Source: a virus
Taxonomy: Duplodnaviria; Caudoviricetes
DNA length: 37,376 bases
Strand: one strand, 5' to 3'
Virus record (IMG/VR): IMGVR_UViG_3300025392_000001
Location: 1-37,376 of that record
A model generated the notes under the pieces. It ran no database searches, was not told the DNA's origin, and saw nothing but the letters and a program-made list of their open reading frames with translations. Numbering within the stretch: the stretch's first letter is position 1; each line of letters opens with the position of its first letter. The translations under genes and the position numbers were made by a program. Shown piece after piece: positions 34,384 through 37,376 of the stretch.

Positions 34384-36729
34384 ATGTTTGATAAAAGCCA
34401 TTTCGTAGTATCAGAAGTTTACAATCCCACAGGACGCATGGAGCGTTTCTTACATCTAAAGCGTATCATGGATCAGAAATGTGCTGCCAACTTACGCTTG
34501 TTGGCCACCAAAAATAACATCAATCGTGCTAGTGATTACCACTACTTAAACCTAGCAGTTACGCAATCAACTGAACCTGTTAATGGTATTGACTACATTC
34601 ACCCTGTGGTAAAACCCTCAGTGGATTACTCTACAGCAGTTATTTCTAAGGGCCTAATGCAGAATGGTGAGATCAACTTTGAGTTTGTGCCTGATAACGA
34701 AGATGACACAGCAGCCGCTCGCCAGGCTACTGAAATGGTACACAAACTAGTAAACCAAAACAACGATCCACATTTTATTCTACAGCACTGGATCATGGAC
34801 GCCCTACTACACAAGAACGGCGAAATGATGATCAGCCCAGATCGTGAATTGATCACACGCTATGTCAAGACAACTGGTACCAACGATCAACTACAGGCAT
34901 TTGAAGCACAGGCTGCTGACGCTGGCCTAACTGCCCTACGCACCAAGAAGCGTAAGGTCAAGGTTGATGTTGAACAGGTCATGAAAGAAACTCAACAATG
35001 GCATCAAGGTGCTATTCAAGAACGCAGACAAAACATTCTAAACAACTTTGAAGAACAAATGCGTCGTGGTGCAGAAGGTGATGAAGATTCCATGCACACA
35101 CCTTTGATGACACCAGAAGACAATACTCCAATTGCTGATGGTGAAGCCGCTGTAAATGAATCAGTGGCACGCAATACCATATTTGAAGCAGAATACAAAC
35201 TAACTGGTTACAACCTAAACATTCGTTTCCGTCCTATAGCACAACACTATTGGATGTGTAATCCCACAATCATTAACATTCAGGAACAAGATTTCTGTGG
35301 CTTCTATGATCCTATGAGTATTCAAGAAGCCTATGAACGCTATCCTGATATTAATCTTGAGAAGTTCATGGAGTTCGCAGAATATAGTAATGTTGGTGCA
35401 TATCAGGCTGGATCCCTTCTCAATAACCTTGCCATTCACGCTAGGGACTCTGTTCCTATCAATGGTCTGCCAAGCACAGGTTATGCGGCCCAGGATCCTA
35501 CAGCCCGCCAAGTCACGGTTCTAACAACATGGAACCGTTATGATATTGACAATGATGGTGAATTAGAATTAGTGGAAATTATCTACTCTGGACAATACAT
35601 TATCAGTGCCCGCGAAGTAGAGTTTATTCCAGTGGCCAACATGTGCCCAAGACCACTGCCACAAAACTTCTATGGAATGAGTTTGGCTGAATCGCTAGTT
35701 CCAGCACAGGAATATATGACATCCGCTCATAGAGCAGAGATTCAATTAGGTTTGCTAACAGCCACCCCACGCATTGGTGTTAAACCAGATCGCGTTGACT
35801 TTGAAATGATTCAAGACGGTGAAGCCGCTATCTTTATTTTAGACAGCAAGTTTGATCCAGCAACTGATGTCTATCCAATGCCAGCACCAAGTGGTAACTT
35901 AGCCTTCGTTGAAACTGCCATGAGCAGATTACAACAAGACATCATGGCCCTAGTTGGTATGACTACTCCAACAGACACATTCACACCAGAAGTTATGAGC
36001 CCAGGTAATAGTGGTGCCAAACTACAATTGGCCATGGGACCTAACCAACTTATCCAGGACAACATTGTTAAGAATTGTGCCCAAGGATTAGAAGATGCAT
36101 TATGGTTAGTATGGCGTACTCTAGTTCAGTATGGTGATGATTATGGTGTTAAGAAGTTGGCTAAACAATTTAACCCAAATCACGAACCTGTGTTCTTAGA
36201 TGCAGAACGCTTTGACAACATGGATTTCTGTGAGCGTAAGATTATACACATTGATCTAGCAGTTGGCATGGCATCAGAAGAAAACAGCCTACAACGCATT
36301 CAAGCCATCAAGGCAGCACAAACACAATTGGTTCAAGAAGTTGCACAAGGTGTTGCAATGAATGCCATTACTCCTGAATCATTCAAGAAGATGCGTCGCC
36401 CTTATGAAGATATGATGTATGTTCTAGGTGTTAAGGATGCTGACACTTATCTTCTAACTGAAGAAGAAGTTATGAAGATGGCACAACAAGCACAACAGGC
36501 TGCGGCACAGAAACAACCTAGCCCAGAAGAAGTTAAAGCCAAAGCACAGGCTGCATTAGATCAAGCTCGTACACAAGAAATTATGAGCAAGATGACAGGA
36601 CAACATCCTGATGCAACCAAGGCATTGGCACAGGCCAACAAAGATAATTCTGATGTTGCAGGAACATCAGCAGGCAAGCAGTTAGATGCCATTGCCCTAA
36701 TTAAACAACATAAGGCCACGAACTATTAA
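34384..36729 (+). CDS. Portal protein (P22/SU10-like)
   Basis: 781 aa after terL. F-x-P-x-x-x-DD-x-x-AA-x-QAT, DALLHKNG, YDIDNDGELEL and P-x-P-x-x-FYG-x-SLA motifs; Q/A-rich C-terminal barrel. Confidence 0.9.
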   Translation: MFDKSHFVVSEVYNPTGRMERFLHLKRIMDQKCAANLRLLATKNNINRASDYHYLNLAVTQSTEPVNGIDYIHPVVKPSVDYSTAVISKGLMQNGEINFEFVPDNEDDTAAARQATEMVHKLVNQNNDPHFILQHWIMDALLHKNGEMMISPDRELITRYVKTTGTNDQLQAFEAQAADAGLTALRTKKRKVKVDVEQVMKETQQWHQGAIQERRQNILNNFEEQMRRGAEGDEDSMHTPLMTPEDNTPIADGEAAVNESVARNTIFEAEYKLTGYNLNIRFRPIAQHYWMCNPTIINIQEQDFCGFYDPMSIQEAYERYPDINLEKFMEFAEYSNVGAYQAGSLLNNLAIHARDSVPINGLPSTGYAAQDPTARQVTVLTTWNRYDIDNDGELELVEIIYSGQYIISAREVEFIPVANMCPRPLPQNFYGMSLAESLVPAQEYMTSAHRAEIQLGLLTATPRIGVKPDRVDFEMIQDGEAAIFILDSKFDPATDVYPMPAPSGNLAFVETAMSRLQQDIMALVGMTTPTDTFTPEVMSPGNSGAKLQLAMGPNQLIQDNIVKNCAQGLEDALWLVWRTLVQYGDDYGVKKLAKQFNPNHEPVFLDAERFDNMDFCERKIIHIDLAVGMASEENSLQRIQAIKAAQTQLVQEVAQGVAMNAITPESFKKMRRPYEDMMYVLGVKDADTYLLTEEEVMKMAQQAQQAAAQKQPSPEEVKAKAQAALDQARTQEIMSKMTGQHPDATKALAQANKDNSDVAGTSAGKQLDAIALIKQHKATNY

Positions 36730-36747
36730 TAACAAAATGGAATTGAA

Positions 36748-37092
36748 ATGATCATAAATGACGAATTGACCCAGGCATTTAACCAAAAGCCTAAATTAGA
36801 TATAAATAAAATTAAGACAATGTCGCCAGGGCAACTGGATGCCATTAAAACTTATGGTAGTGGAGCAGAAAACCTGCTGTCAAATAAAGACTTTGCACTC
36901 TTTGTTCACCACTTTAAGTTTGACATAGCAGACGAACTCAGCGGCATTAACGGACATACACCAGATGACAATTGTAAGCGAGTTGCTCTCGCCCATATGA
37001 TCGCTGGAGTTGACAAATTCGTAGCCAGTCTGCAAAGAGCAGTCTACTACAAAAATCGTGCGGTAAGCATTCAAAATGCCCCCACAGAATAA
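36748..37092 (+). CDS. Hypothetical protein between portal and scaffold
   Basis: 114 aa, 'AENLLSNKDF' motif; internal TATAAATA at 36801-08. Confidence 0.7.
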   Translation: MIINDELTQAFNQKPKLDINKIKTMSPGQLDAIKTYGSGAENLLSNKDFALFVHHFKFDIADELSGINGHTPDDNCKRVALAHMIAGVDKFVASLQRAVYYKNRAVSIQNAPTE

Positions 37093-37104
37093 AGGAAAAT
37101 TTAA

Positions 37105-37376
37105 ATGACTACAGAACAAGTAGTGAGCACGCCTAATGCACCAAGCACGGCCCCTGCTCAAAACGCAGTTCCATCATTGGATTCAATTGCCCAGAAAATG
37201 GCCGCTATGCGTAACCAACTTCCAGCAACCAATGAGACTGAGACAGGTTCCCCAGCGAAGGCAAATGCTGAGGCCCCTGTGGTGCCAGAAGGTAGCGAAA
37301 GCGATCCCTCAAGCGTAGAACCAGAAATTGATTCCGTTGAATCTGAAGATAGTGAAGCAGCCATAGATGAAGGAAA
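37105..37376 (+). CDS. Scaffolding protein, 5' part (continues across the junction)
   Basis: AAAGGAA RBS, ATG 37105, MTTEQVVSTPNAPS... reads through into VVPEGSES. Confidence 0.85.
   Translation, partial: MTTEQVVSTPNAPSTAPAQNAVPSLDSIAQKMAAMRNQLPATNETETGSPAKANAEAPVVPEGSESDPSSVEPEIDSVESEDSEAAIDEG
37250..37376. repeat. Terminal direct repeat, copy 2
   Basis: Identical to 1-127. Confidence 0.95.

Noticed and set aside
438-36065. Many short alternative-frame and antisense ORFs in the track (e.g. 1323-1706, 19508-19972, 28156-28587, 31039-31365)
   Set aside because: They are nested in well-supported genes, lack RBSs and have shadow-frame composition.
32697-36729. Intein or intron in terminase or portal
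   Set aside because: Both ORFs are continuous and of normal size, with no intein boundary motifs seen.
37250-37376. 127-bp terminal repeat as a biological DTR
   Set aside because: The length equals a common assembler k-mer and it falls in mid-gene; it indicates circularity only.
1-37376. Alternative genetic code or stop-codon recoding
   Set aside because: The standard code gives full-length, tightly packed genes with high coding density.

Overview
The window is a complete, circularly assembled dsDNA phage genome of about 37,249 bp; bases 1-127 repeat exactly at 37250-37376, consistent with an assembler overlap. It looks like a podovirus with a P22/SU10-like morphogenesis set: terminase, portal, scaffold, major capsid, adaptor, two long tail fibres, tail nozzle and ejection proteins, one with a lytic transglycosylase domain. 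Accessory genes include Dps, a 2OG-Fe(II) hydroxylase, GroES, an FkbM methyltransferase, two GNATs and 5-7 free-standing endonuclease-like genes. I recognise no DNA polymerase, primase, helicase, integrase, sigma factor/RNA polymerase or endolysin. Four sequence-level signals stand out. (1) A T4-late-promoter-like (TA)TAAATA motif precedes most transcription units, which together with the missing genes suggests a self-packaging satellite of a T4-like or large helper phage. (2) A ~190-nt three-stem sRNA at 22890-23082 has loops complementary to the leader and RBS of the downstream gene and to the RBS of the FkbM gene 3.3 kb away. (3) YCGR, ACGT and ACWGT appear absent wherever I scanned. (4) Three early proteins end in FxxLFE, a possible clamp-binding motif. 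All calls come from reading the sequence by eye; no searches were run.
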